This document shows, one piece after another, positions 7,892 through 15,862 of a stretch of 15,862 bases of DNA. Each line of letters starts with the position of its first letter. Positions within the stretch are counted from its first letter, which is position 1. Both the position numbers and the translations under genes were made by a program. The notes under the pieces are model-generated. The model did no database searches, was not told the DNA's origin, and was given only the letters and a program-made list of their open reading frames with translations. The stretch is from Alphaproteobacteria bacterium SS10 (GTDB taxonomy: Bacteria; Pseudomonadota; Alphaproteobacteria; TMED2): positions 32,324 to 48,185 of the forward strand of contig JAHCML010000005.1 in assembly GCA_019192455.1 (NCBI GenBank). Reading direction: 5' to 3'.

Positions 7892-8708
7892 TTATCGTTG
7901 CCGCATAAGCCAGTTCCTAACTTCCCGCATAGACTCGTTGAACTCGCGAGGGTGCCAAGGAAGCTCTAGAGATTCTTCAATTGGTCGTGCACACTCAAGC
8001 ATTCTGATGCCATCCCATCTTTTGAGCACGTAGATAGCCAGATCCTCGCTGCTCATTTTGCCGATACTACTCTTTAGATGAGAGAGCATTTCGCTCGGCA
8101 TTGATTTGACGATTTTTTTGGCAAATTTGCTTATTTCTTTTTGGGTTTTATTTTCTATATTTTCTATTTCTTGTCTTTTCCATAATGAATTTATGAACAT
8201 ATAGGCTGATATTTTGTTTTTACATTTGTACATGTCCCCTTTTTTATGTACAAAATCATTTATTTTGAATGATTCCATCAATTTTCGATATAAATTATTA
8301 TTGGGTGTAAAGTATTCTATGCTGCTACTCACCCAGCCAAATTGGTAGGAATTTTCCAGTATTATATTAATAGACCTATCAATATCTTGTTCTGATAAAT
8401 TTGGCATTGAAATTATCAGCTCATGTATAAGATCTGATTCAATGATTTGTTCGGATATTCCTTTTTCAAAATCACTTTCTATTATGTTGTATTCTACTAG
8501 AAGGTAATATGCGCGTTCGCCGCTCGACACATATCCCGTTTCAATTTGGTATGCTTTGCGATTGTCGCACCACCATCTTGGAAGGCTGTCGGCTAAGAAA
8601 CCCAGTATTGTGCTTAGGAGTAAGATCTGATCATCAGTTGCTTTCTCTGAAATCATCGACGAATCCTCAATCACGTAGTTGTTCTCAGTGAGGTTTTCGG
8701 TGGCCATT
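7892..8708 (-). CDS. Orphan hypothetical protein encoded in an AT-rich (foreign) islet.
   Basis: About 272-aa ORF at roughly 30% GC, against about 60% in the flanks. The likely start is ATG at 8708 (MATENLTENNYVIEDSS), with GGGAGGGAG about 15 nt upstream. The ORF track's 359-aa version extends the frame into unrelated GC-rich DNA. The protein is I/N/K/E/S-rich with no recognisable motif. Confidence 0.6.
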
Positions 8709-8765
8709 GATCCCGCGCCTATCTCCCTCCCATGAGAGAGAGTACGGTAAAAAGCCGCCATCGAC

Positions 8766-8860
8766 CGACCAATAAATGCAGGTCTATTACGATGGGTCTT
8801 GTCCCTTACGTCGTAAGGAGTTCGCCTGGTATGGGCGCCGGGAGATTGAGGCGCCAATCT
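8766..8860 (+). pseudogene. Duplicated 5' fragment of the DUF393/DCC thiol-disulfide oxidoreductase gene.
   Basis: About 90% nucleotide identity over about 85-95 bp with 9654-9740. It encodes MQVYYDGSCPLRRKEFAWYGRREIEA, against MQVYYDGSCPLCRKEIAWYERRGIEA in the intact gene. The second Cys of CxxC is lost and similarity ends after about 28 codons. Confidence 0.6.
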
Positions 8861-8947
8861 GCCCGGTCCTAATTGTTTTCCCGCTTTCACTGGTTGAGCG
8901 TAAACGCGACGGATACCCGAAACACTATGGTTACAAGGATCAGCGCC

Positions 8948-9574
8948 ATGGCCACCGGATATCCCTTGCAAGATGATGAGCTAACCCAGGCTGACTTCGC
9001 CATCGCCTTGAGTGCGATGCCGACCCATAAGAGCCATTGGAGTGCGACGGATGAACGGCGGGCGCTGTATCTCGATCTGGCTCGAATGTCCGAGGGGCTG
9101 ACCTTCATCGATGAGGCGCGTGGTTTTCGCTTCCCCTGCGTCCGGGCCAGCTTCGGATATCTTGAAGACATCATGGCCGCGATCCCGCAGGCCGCCGTTC
9201 AGGCCGGTGCCATCTCCAATGAGATGGGCATATTTCAGGGTCGTCATGATTCAATCGTCGAAGATCAGAAGGGTGGCTATGCCGCTGGCGCTCAAGCGCC
9301 CTCCATCCGCGCTGCCCTGCTCTATGACGTGAAGAAGGATGAGGTGGTTGGCCTATCCGGTGCCGGTCGGGTTGCGCTGGCGATGCTAGACGCGGAATTC
9401 TCCGGACAGTTCTCCCCGCAGAATTTGCGCGAGCGAGGCCTCGACTATTTCAATAAGCAGTTGGAGGCAGCCGGGTTCGACCCCATGACCATGCCAGCGC
9501 CCAAGGCTGACCGGCAGGGGGCGGCACCCAAGCCAGATGCACCCGACGGCACCGGTCGGCCCATGCGGCCCTAG
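8948..9574 (+). CDS. Hypothetical protein.
   Basis: GC-rich ORF. ATG at 8948 with AAGGAT 8 nt upstream. Alternative starts at 8927 or TTG 8873. No recognisable motif; the C-terminus is Pro/Ala-rich. Confidence 0.5.
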   Translation: MATGYPLQDDELTQADFAIALSAMPTHKSHWSATDERRALYLDLARMSEGLTFIDEARGFRFPCVRASFGYLEDIMAAIPQAAVQAGAISNEMGIFQGRHDSIVEDQKGGYAAGAQAPSIRAALLYDVKKDEVVGLSGAGRVALAMLDAEFSGQFSPQNLRERGLDYFNKQLEAAGFDPMTMPAPKADRQGAAPKPDAPDGTGRPMRP

Positions 9575-9623
9575 GTCAACGCGACCCCCTCGTCTTCGGC
9601 TTATTCGCCCCTATCTTGGTGGC

Positions 9624-9998
9624 ATGAGCAAACCAGCCGACCAACAGCAACAAATGCAGGTCTATTACGACGGGTCTTGCCCCCTATGTCGTAAGGAGAT
9701 CGCCTGGTATGAGCGCCGGGGGATTGAGGCCGCCATGTGTGATGTGAGTGAGGCTGCTAATGTACCCGGCGATCTGACGCCCGAGGCCGCCATGGCGCGG
9801 TTTCATGTGCGCGATACCGATGGTCGGCTGCTCTCCGGCGCTGAGGCGTTTGTCGCCACCTGGCGGGTAACGCCGGGGCTGAAATGGCTGGCCGTCCTGT
9901 GCCGGCCTAGGCCGGTTATCTGGGTACTGGAGCGGCTGTATCGCCTCTTCCTCCATATCCGCCCGCAGATCCAAAAATTTGCACGATCCCTAACCTGA
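9624..9998 (+). CDS. DUF393 / DCC-family thiol-disulfide oxidoreductase (YuxK-like).
   Basis: N-terminal MQVYYDGSCPLCRKEIAWYERRG with a CxxC motif, diagnostic of the family. About 124 aa from ATG 9624, which is the family size. The ORF-track start at 9537 is probably too far upstream. Confidence 0.75.
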   Translation: MSKPADQQQQMQVYYDGSCPLCRKEIAWYERRGIEAAMCDVSEAANVPGDLTPEAAMARFHVRDTDGRLLSGAEAFVATWRVTPGLKWLAVLCRPRPVIWVLERLYRLFLHIRPQIQKFARSLT

Positions 9999-10145
9999 TC
10001 CACCAATCTGTTTCCACCCGGCCCCATGGGCACCGCATTCACAATGCTGCTACAGCGTTGGTTCCCAACGCGAACGCGCTAGCACCCGGTCAGTCTCGGG
10101 ATTAGGGTGGTGGCAATCTGTTCTCGCAAAAATGAAGACACTGCC

Positions 10146-10841
10146 ATGACCATCAAACTCTACGACCTGGCCGGTGAAGATTTGGAGATGCGGTTTAGCC
10201 CTTTTTGTTGGCGGACCAAGCTGGCGCTCGCCCATAAGGGGCTGGCATTCGAGACCATCCCCTGGCGCTTCCATGAAAAGGAGGCGATTGCCGAGAGTGG
10301 CCAGCCCAAGGTTCCGGTGATCGTTGATGGCGATAAGTGGATCCATGATAGCTGGGCCATCGCTGAGTATCTGGATGAGGCGTATCCAGATTGCCCGATG
10401 CTGTTCGCGGGCCCAGAGACGAAGGCCCATATCCGTTTTCTCGATGCCTGGATTGGCAAGGTGCTGTTCCCGGCGATTGCCAAGTCGGTGATGGTGCCGC
10501 TGCAGGATGTGATTGCTGAGGAGAACCGCGCCTATTTCCGGGAAACCCGGGAGAAGGTGTTCGGCATGACCTTGGAGCAGCTAGGTGAATTGGCGCCATC
10601 GGCGGAGGAGTTCTACGCCATGCTCTCACCGCTCCGCTCGGTCCTTGCCAAGCAACCGTTTCTGGCCGGTGATGCGCCAGATTATGGGGACTACCTGCTG
10701 TTCGGCCCGTTCCAATGGGCGCGCTGTTCCTCACCAGATGAGCTGCTGGCCGCCGATGATCCGGTTGCCCAATGGCGTGGTCGTGTTCTGGACCTCTATG
10801 ACGGTTTAGGCCGCAACGCCCCCGCCCGTTGTGCCGCTTGA
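10146..10841 (+). CDS. Glutathione S-transferase family protein.
   Basis: Thioredoxin-like N-terminal domain (TIKLYDLAG..SPFCWRTKLALAHKGLAFE..VPVIVDG) plus a helical C-terminal domain. 231 aa from ATG 10146. Confidence 0.75.
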   Translation: MTIKLYDLAGEDLEMRFSPFCWRTKLALAHKGLAFETIPWRFHEKEAIAESGQPKVPVIVDGDKWIHDSWAIAEYLDEAYPDCPMLFAGPETKAHIRFLDAWIGKVLFPAIAKSVMVPLQDVIAEENRAYFRETREKVFGMTLEQLGELAPSAEEFYAMLSPLRSVLAKQPFLAGDAPDYGDYLLFGPFQWARCSSPDELLAADDPVAQWRGRVLDLYDGLGRNAPARCAA

Positions 10842-10853
10842 TCGGGTTTGGCC

Positions 10854-11981
10854 ATGAGTGACGAAACCAAGGCTGGTTCTGCTAAAGGTGATGTTGCGGC
10901 AATAATCCGCGCGGCGTTCCGCGAGGGTTGGATGGCCCGGCATCAGCTTCGCGAGCCGGATGAGAACGATGTGGAGAATGACTGGATCATCTCTGAGGCG
11001 CGCAAGGCGGGAACCAGTGAATTCAAGGCGGTGACGCCAGAGTTAGTCCGCGACTGCTACCGCGCCCTGCTAAAGCGTGAGCCAGAGAACGATGATGTCG
11101 TTGCGGCCAGGGTTGCGGGGACGTCGAGCGTCTCTGATTTGCTCGAATCCTTCCGTCGATCACCAGAGCTGCTGCACCGGGCCTATATTGAGTATCTGCG
11201 GCGGCACAGCCCAGCGCTCAAGCCAAAGCCCCGGTTCGATCTCGATATAGCGCCGGACCAATTCAACCGATTGTTTGAAAGAGTAGTCACCCAATGGAGT
11301 GACCTTGGTCAGGCCGAGCCCTATTGGTCCGTGCTGACAGATGAGAAGTACAAAAGCGATGCGATTGATGAGGAGGTGCGGCAACGCTTCTACGACACTG
11401 GGAAGGATCTAGAACGGGAATTGAGACAGCTCCACGCCCGCAATGACGTGGCTTTTCAGGGTGGTGTCTGCTTGGAGCTCGGCGCGGGTGTCGGACGGTT
11501 AACCACCACATTGGCAAAGATGTTTGATCGGGTTATTGCGGTCGACATCTCACCGGGGAACCTAGAGATATGCAGAAAACATCTAGAGAAAAATAATATA
11601 GATAATGTCGATTTCAAAATTATATCCAACCCAGAACAGATTGGTGAATTAGAAAATTTTGATTATTTTTATTCGTTAATGGTGCTGCAGCATAATCCGC
11701 CGCCAATTCAAGAGTATATACTGGATATAATATTTAGAAATCTGAATGAAGGTGGGTTTGTTAATTTTCAACTGCCAACCAGTACGCCAGAATACCAGTT
11801 TGATATTGAGGCTTATTTGAGCTCATCACGCCAGGTTATGGATATGCATGATTTACCCATGAGTCGCGTATTCAGGCTTTTCCAGCGTCATGAAATCTTA
11901 CCGATAGATGTGATTATGGATAGCCACACGGGCACGTTTGGATCTCATAGCTTCTTCGGCCAAAAGCGGTCGGGGTCTTGA
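10854..11981 (+). CDS. Class I SAM-dependent methyltransferase with an N-terminal domain of about 200 aa. Compositional mosaic.
   Basis: Motif I LELGAGVGRLT, post-I acidic VIAVDIS, DYFYSLMVLQH and LNEGGFVNFQLP. It starts 13 nt after the GST stop. GC drops from about 60% to about 35% at about 11560 and recovers at about 11920, all within one intact frame. Confidence 0.75.
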   Translation: MSDETKAGSAKGDVAAIIRAAFREGWMARHQLREPDENDVENDWIISEARKAGTSEFKAVTPELVRDCYRALLKREPENDDVVAARVAGTSSVSDLLESFRRSPELLHRAYIEYLRRHSPALKPKPRFDLDIAPDQFNRLFERVVTQWSDLGQAEPYWSVLTDEKYKSDAIDEEVRQRFYDTGKDLERELRQLHARNDVAFQGGVCLELGAGVGRLTTTLAKMFDRVIAVDISPGNLEICRKHLEKNNIDNVDFKIISNPEQIGELENFDYFYSLMVLQHNPPPIQEYILDIIFRNLNEGGFVNFQLPTSTPEYQFDIEAYLSSSRQVMDMHDLPMSRVFRLFQRHEILPIDVIMDSHTGTFGSHSFFGQKRSGS

Positions 11982-11997
11982 GGCGCGGCGTTCGAAT

Positions 11998-12303
11998 ATG
12001 AGCCCTGATGAATTGGCGGCGGGCCGCGTCTACCTTACCGGCCATATCGATGTGCCGGCGGATCGCCTGACAGCGGTTCGCGATGCGCTGGATGAGCACA
12101 TCGCCCTGACCCGGGCAGAGCCGGGCTGTCTGTCATTTGACGTGGTGGAGCAGGATGACCCGCCAGGTCGGTTCTCGGTGGCTGAAGTCTTTGAGAACCA
12201 GCAAGCCTTCGATGCCCATCAGGAACGGACCAAACAGTCAGCTTGGTTCCAGGTAACCGAGCGGATTCCCCGGCATTACACAATCACGACCAAGGCGGAT
12301 TAG
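11998..12303 (+). CDS. Antibiotic-biosynthesis-monooxygenase (ABM/Dabb) domain protein.
   Basis: About 101 aa from ATG 11998. FENQQAFDAHQERTKQSAWFQ is typical of ABM-fold proteins. Confidence 0.6.
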   Translation: MSPDELAAGRVYLTGHIDVPADRLTAVRDALDEHIALTRAEPGCLSFDVVEQDDPPGRFSVAEVFENQQAFDAHQERTKQSAWFQVTERIPRHYTITTKAD

Positions 12304-12914
12304 TCGTCCAGGGCGGCTAGATCGCCATCCCCATACTGTACATAACCGTCAGGACCAGTTGGCCGAAGCTTCTTAGCCTTCCAGCATCGCTTACCATCAT
12401 CCTGGGTCAGTTCAGGATTGGCCGCTTTGAATGCACGTAGGTAGCGTAGGTAGTTGTTGTGCTTGGCGATCGGCTTCTGGTCAGGGGCGGCACGGTTCCG
12501 CGCTTCAATCTCGTACCAGGCTGCAATCGCGTCATTCAGGCTATACCCCGGATGCGCCCTGACCCAGGCCATGAACTCACCCGAGCAGGTAAAGCCTTTG
12601 CCAATCTCCGCCTTGAAGAACCCGCGGACATTCGGGCCAAAGCTAATCTGGTCATCAATGATCTCACCTCCGGTGAGCGCTGCCTTGGACCAATTGATGC
12701 GGTTGGTCTGTTGGGTTGGCTTGGTGGTGGGTCGTTCCTCACTCTGACCATCCAACCGGGCCGCTATCCGATGACGAAGCTCAGCCTTACTGCCAGCCCT
12801 GGATAGCTGGAGGGTTTCGCAGATGGTCTCCAGCATCTCCTTCTCCCAATACCAGCCGAGAAACTGATCGCCGGTCATACCGGGATTGAAGGCCGGGCGG
12901 GTGCCATCGCTCAT
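12300..12914 (-). CDS. SAP-domain-containing hypothetical protein.
   Basis: The N-terminal stretch MLETICETLQLSRAGSKAELRHRIAARLDG matches the SAP motif. ATG at 12914 forms an ATGA overlap with the stop of the upstream hydrolase gene. Confidence 0.65.
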   Translation of the reverse strand: MSDGTRPAFNPGMTGDQFLGWYWEKEMLETICETLQLSRAGSKAELRHRIAARLDGQSEERPTTKPTQQTNRINWSKAALTGGEIIDDQISFGPNVRGFFKAEIGKGFTCSGEFMAWVRAHPGYSLNDAIAAWYEIEARNRAAPDQKPIAKHNNYLRYLRAFKAANPELTQDDGKRCWKAKKLRPTGPDGYVQYGDGDLAALDD

Positions 12915-13768
12915 TGGTACGGGCAACCATCTCTGAGGAAGGCGACCGTTTCATCCCGCACCGGGCGGTGGTCACGGTAGATCCAGCTGAACGCGCTGAT
13001 TAGGTCGATATGGCCTAACCCCTCATAGGTTTTGACCTGATAGCAGACATTGTTTTTAGCCAGGGCAGCGGCCAGGCGTTCATGGTTCTGCGGCCCGACC
13101 AGATCATCCGCCTCACCCCATTGCAGCAGCATGGGCGGGACATCCCGTGTCACCTGCCCCGCCAGGTGGGTGGCGCTAGTGGGAGCGCCAACAAAGACGG
13201 CAACGATATCATCATCACGCGGGGTGAAATCATAGGGACCGGCGAGGCCAATAACCCCGGCCAGTTGTTTGGGTGCCAGATCATGGGCGGCCAGAAATTC
13301 CGGGTTCACGGCCAGGGTGGCGGCGATATGGGCGCCCGCCGAATGCCCCATCAGATAGACATCGCCGCCGCCTAGGGCATCCAGATTATCCATCACCCAG
13401 GCAACGGCCTTGGCGCCATCCTCGGCAAAGGCTGGGAAACGATGGGCCGGTGATTTTCGGTAATCGGGAATAACGGTGATGAAGCCCTTAGCGGCCATCT
13501 CGCTGCCAACAAACCGGTACTCCGCCCGCGCTCCGGTCTGCCAGGACCCGCCATAGAAGAAGATGATCACCGGCAGCTTGCCCGCTGGGTCCCCACTTGG
13601 CCGGTAGATGTCCAGGGCCAGCTTCTCCACGGGGTCGAAGGTCGTGTTGAAGGTCTCCTCAACCTCCGCCAGTCGTGTCGGGATGTTGACGGCTGCAAGG
13701 CCGGCATCTTCACAAGCGGTCATCAGCAAAAGCAGCCCGGCAAGGGCGGAACGGAGAAGCATGGGCAT
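12911..13768 (-). CDS. Alpha/beta-hydrolase (esterase/lipase family) lipoprotein.
   Basis: Signal peptide with a lipobox-like LLMTAC. Oxyanion-hole region IIFFYGGSW, nucleophile elbow GHSAGA, and a downstream Asp and His (GLGHID). Confidence 0.85.
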   Translation of the reverse strand: MPMLLRSALAGLLLLMTACEDAGLAAVNIPTRLAEVEETFNTTFDPVEKLALDIYRPSGDPAGKLPVIIFFYGGSWQTGARAEYRFVGSEMAAKGFITVIPDYRKSPAHRFPAFAEDGAKAVAWVMDNLDALGGGDVYLMGHSAGAHIAATLAVNPEFLAAHDLAPKQLAGVIGLAGPYDFTPRDDDIVAVFVGAPTSATHLAGQVTRDVPPMLLQWGEADDLVGPQNHERLAAALAKNNVCYQVKTYEGLGHIDLISAFSWIYRDHRPVRDETVAFLRDGCPYQ

Positions 13769-13777
13769 AGAACTAGA

Positions 13778-14563
13778 TCATCCACGCTTCCTGATCAGGG
13801 TCTGCTTGGCAATGATGCCCGCCATAACGGCCACCCGCTCGGCATTGTCCTTTGCCTCGCTGTCATCGGCATGGGTAAGCGAGTTCTCAAAGCCTACCCG
13901 GCATTTGCCGCCTGCTTTGATCGCCGCCTCTAGGCAATCGGTCTCGCCCTGCCCGAAGGCACAGACCGCCCAATCGGGCGCATGCCCCAAAGCACGTTGC
14001 CGGTCGAGGAAGGGGGTTAGCATCTCGGGGTTACTCTGCTGCCCTTCCGTGTATCGGCCGAGGACATAGATCAGCTGCAACGCCGGATCGGTCAGCCGCT
14101 CCTTAGGCAGGGTGTTGGCCAGCAGATCGTAATCATCCAGATCATAGAGAATGTGCTGAACCCCGATGCCCCGCTCATGACAGGCAGCATAGAAGCCGGG
14201 GGCTTCATCCGGCTCACGCATCATTTCCCGGATTGAGACGGAGACAAGCTCGGCACCACTCTCAAGTGCTACCGCGCGCTGGGCTGGTGGGTCATAGATA
14301 CCAACCGCTTCGGTCGTAATCTGAACCGTCATGCGCGGCACCTTTTCCGCCAGCAGCTTTAAGATCGCGCTGTACTGTTCGACATCGAGCAGGTGCTTGC
14401 CTTCAGCATCCCGGATATGGAGGTGCAGGCCATCGGCGCCGGCGGCAAAGCAGTTCTTCGCCGCGATAATGATCTCGTCAGTGGTGATGGGCAGGGCCGG
14501 GTGGTCCGCCTTGGTGCGCCGGGCACCGTTGGGGGCCACCATCAGGCTTGGCAGTGGGGTCAT
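13778..14563 (-). CDS. BKACE / DUF849 family beta-keto-acid cleavage enzyme (3-keto-5-aminohexanoate cleavage enzyme-like).
   Basis: N-terminal LMVAPNGARRTKADHPALPITTDEII matches the BKACE signature. TIM-barrel-like length of 261 aa. The ATG at 14563 overlaps the aminotransferase stop (ATGA). Confidence 0.8.
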   Translation of the reverse strand: MTPLPSLMVAPNGARRTKADHPALPITTDEIIIAAKNCFAAGADGLHLHIRDAEGKHLLDVEQYSAILKLLAEKVPRMTVQITTEAVGIYDPPAQRAVALESGAELVSVSIREMMREPDEAPGFYAACHERGIGVQHILYDLDDYDLLANTLPKERLTDPALQLIYVLGRYTEGQQSNPEMLTPFLDRQRALGHAPDWAVCAFGQGETDCLEAAIKAGGKCRVGFENSLTHADDSEAKDNAERVAVMAGIIAKQTLIRKRG

Positions 14564-15862
14564 GGAAGGGATTTATCAATCGCTGTGGCGAGCTTGGTCA
14601 CCAGCTCATCAACATGGTTGTCTTCAAAGATAAAGGGCGGGGCGAGCAGGACGTGGTCGCCATGCTTGCCGTCGATAGTGCCCCCGGCGGGATAGCACAT
14701 AAGGCCACCCTCAAACGCGTTTCGCTTAACCGCCTTATTGATGCCGAGGCTGGGGTCGAAGGCGGCTTTGGTTTCTCGGTCCGCCACCAGTTCCAGACCG
14801 ATAAACATGCCGCGCCCACGGATATCGCCGATATGCGGATGCTGGCCAAAGGCCTGGTCTAGGCCAGCGCGCAGTTTCGCCCCCATTGTGGCCGCCCGCT
14901 TGGTGAGGCCGCCATCAGTTAGCTTGGCCATCACGGCGAGGCCAGCGGCACAGGCGGTGGGGTGACCGATATAGGTATGGCCATGTTGGAACAGGCCGCT
15001 GCCGTCCTCAATCGTGCGGTAAATCTCACCCGTACAAAGTGCGGCGCCAATCGGTTGGTATCCGGCGCCAAGCCCCTTGGCGATGGCGATCATATCCGGG
15101 GCCACGCCATCCTGCTCACAGGCGAACAGGCTGCCGGTTCGGCCCATGCCGCACATCACCTCATCCAGGATCATTAGGATGCCGTGGCGATCACAGATCT
15201 CGCGGATGCGTTTGAAGTAGCCAGGCACGGCTGGCACTGCGCCCAAGGTCGCACCGACCACTGGCTCGGCGATAAAGCCGATGACCGTTTCGGGCCCCAG
15301 CTCTTGCAGCTTGGTCTCCAGCTCATCCGCGACGCGGTGACCATACTCGGCCTCACTCTCCTCTGGCTGCTGGTCGCGATAGGCGTAGCAGGAGGCGATG
15401 TGATGCGCCTCAATCAGCAATGGCTCAAACGGGTCCCTACGCCATTGATTGCCGCCGACAGCCAGCGCGCCAAGCGTATTGCCGTGATAGCTTTGCCGCC
15501 GTGCAATGAAGTGGCGGCGCCCCGGCTCCCCACGTTCCAGATGATATTGCCGGGCAAGCTTCAACGCGGCCTCCATCGCCTCCGACCCGCCAGAGGTGAA
15601 GTAGACCCGCTCAATCCCCGTCGGGGCATGGTCGATCAGTTTATCCGCCAGCTGTTCGGCCGGTTCGCTGGTGAAGTAGCTGGTATGGGCATAGGCAACC
15701 TGCCCGACCTGTGCCTGGATCGCGGCAATCACCTCGGCATCGCTATGGCCAAGGCAGGACACCGCCGCCCCACCGGACCCATCCAGATATTGATTCCCCT
15801 CAGCATCATAGAGATAGACCCCATCGCCGCGCATGGCGGTGGGCAGCTTCGCTTTGGTATGG
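14560..15862 (-). CDS. Class III pyridoxal-phosphate-dependent aminotransferase (omega-amino acid/beta-alanine-pyruvate type). The 5' end lies outside the window.
   Basis: LPTAMRGDGVYLYDAEGNQYLDGSGGAAVSCLGH and ILMILDEVMCGMGRTG, with a Lys in the AIAKGLGAGYQPIGA region. The frame stays open to the window edge (TKAKLPTA upstream of the listed Met). Confidence 0.9.
   Translation of the reverse strand, partial: HTKAKLPTAMRGDGVYLYDAEGNQYLDGSGGAAVSCLGHSDAEVIAAIQAQVGQVAYAHTSYFTSEPAEQLADKLIDHAPTGIERVYFTSGGSEAMEAALKLARQYHLERGEPGRRHFIARRQSYHGNTLGALAVGGNQWRRDPFEPLLIEAHHIASCYAYRDQQPEESEAEYGHRVADELETKLQELGPETVIGFIAEPVVGATLGAVPAVPGYFKRIREICDRHGILMILDEVMCGMGRTGSLFACEQDGVAPDMIAIAKGLGAGYQPIGAALCTGEIYRTIEDGSGLFQHGHTYIGHPTACAAGLAVMAKLTDGGLTKRAATMGAKLRAGLDQAFGQHPHIGDIRGRGMFIGLELVADRETKAAFDPSLGINKAVKRNAFEGGLMCYPAGGTIDGKHGDHVLLAPPFIFEDNHVDELVTKLATAIDKSLP

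Noticed and set aside
7892-8971. The 359-aa version of the AT-rich ORF given in the six-frame track.
   Set aside because: The N-terminal 87 residues lie in GC-rich DNA of different composition that carries the DCC-fragment repeat on the other strand. An internal ATG at 8708 with a Shine-Dalgarno-like GGGAGGGAG is the credible start.
8873-9574. TTG start at 8873 extending the hypothetical gene to 233 aa.
   Set aside because: The extension runs through the degraded DCC-fragment repeat. ATG 8948 has a better Shine-Dalgarno sequence (AAGGAT) and avoids the repeat.

Overview
This is a GC-rich window (about 60% by eye), probably from a proteobacterial chromosome. It carries about 17 protein-coding genes, two degenerate tRNA-like elements and two short patches of strongly AT-rich DNA that look foreign. 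No homology search could be run; every call rests on motifs read directly from the sequence.

The window holds, left to right:
- a 5'-truncated gene and a complete gene (1851-2819) encoding paralogous beta-solenoid-like repeat proteins, with a secreted HExxH metallopeptidase-like protein (632-1717) between them;
- a convergent SPFH/band-7 protein (2891-4042, minus strand);
- a class-I tRNA-like element (4529-4600, minus) with a CAG anticodon and a broken acceptor stem;
- a roughly 960-bp lower-GC non-coding stretch;
- a fused ABC exporter (5565-7520);
- a 91-nt tRNA-derived element (7603-7693, minus) that encodes CCA but has no foldable D-arm;
- a roughly 1-kb islet of about 30% GC carrying one orphan gene (7892-8708, minus);
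- a roughly 95-bp direct repeat that duplicates the 5' end of a DUF393/DCC thiol-disulfide oxidoreductase gene and brackets a hypothetical gene;
- a probable operon of DCC oxidoreductase, glutathione S-transferase (GST), SAM-dependent methyltransferase and ABM monooxygenase, in which the methyltransferase gene switches in-frame from about 60% to about 35% GC;
- a minus-strand operon of class-III aminotransferase (5' end outside the window), BKACE/DUF849 keto-acid cleavage enzyme, alpha/beta-hydrolase lipoprotein and SAP-domain protein, joined by ATGA overlaps.

The most unusual signals are the two non-canonical tRNA-like elements next to low-GC DNA, the orphan AT-rich gene of unknown function, the mosaic methyltransferase and the DCC-fragment direct repeat.
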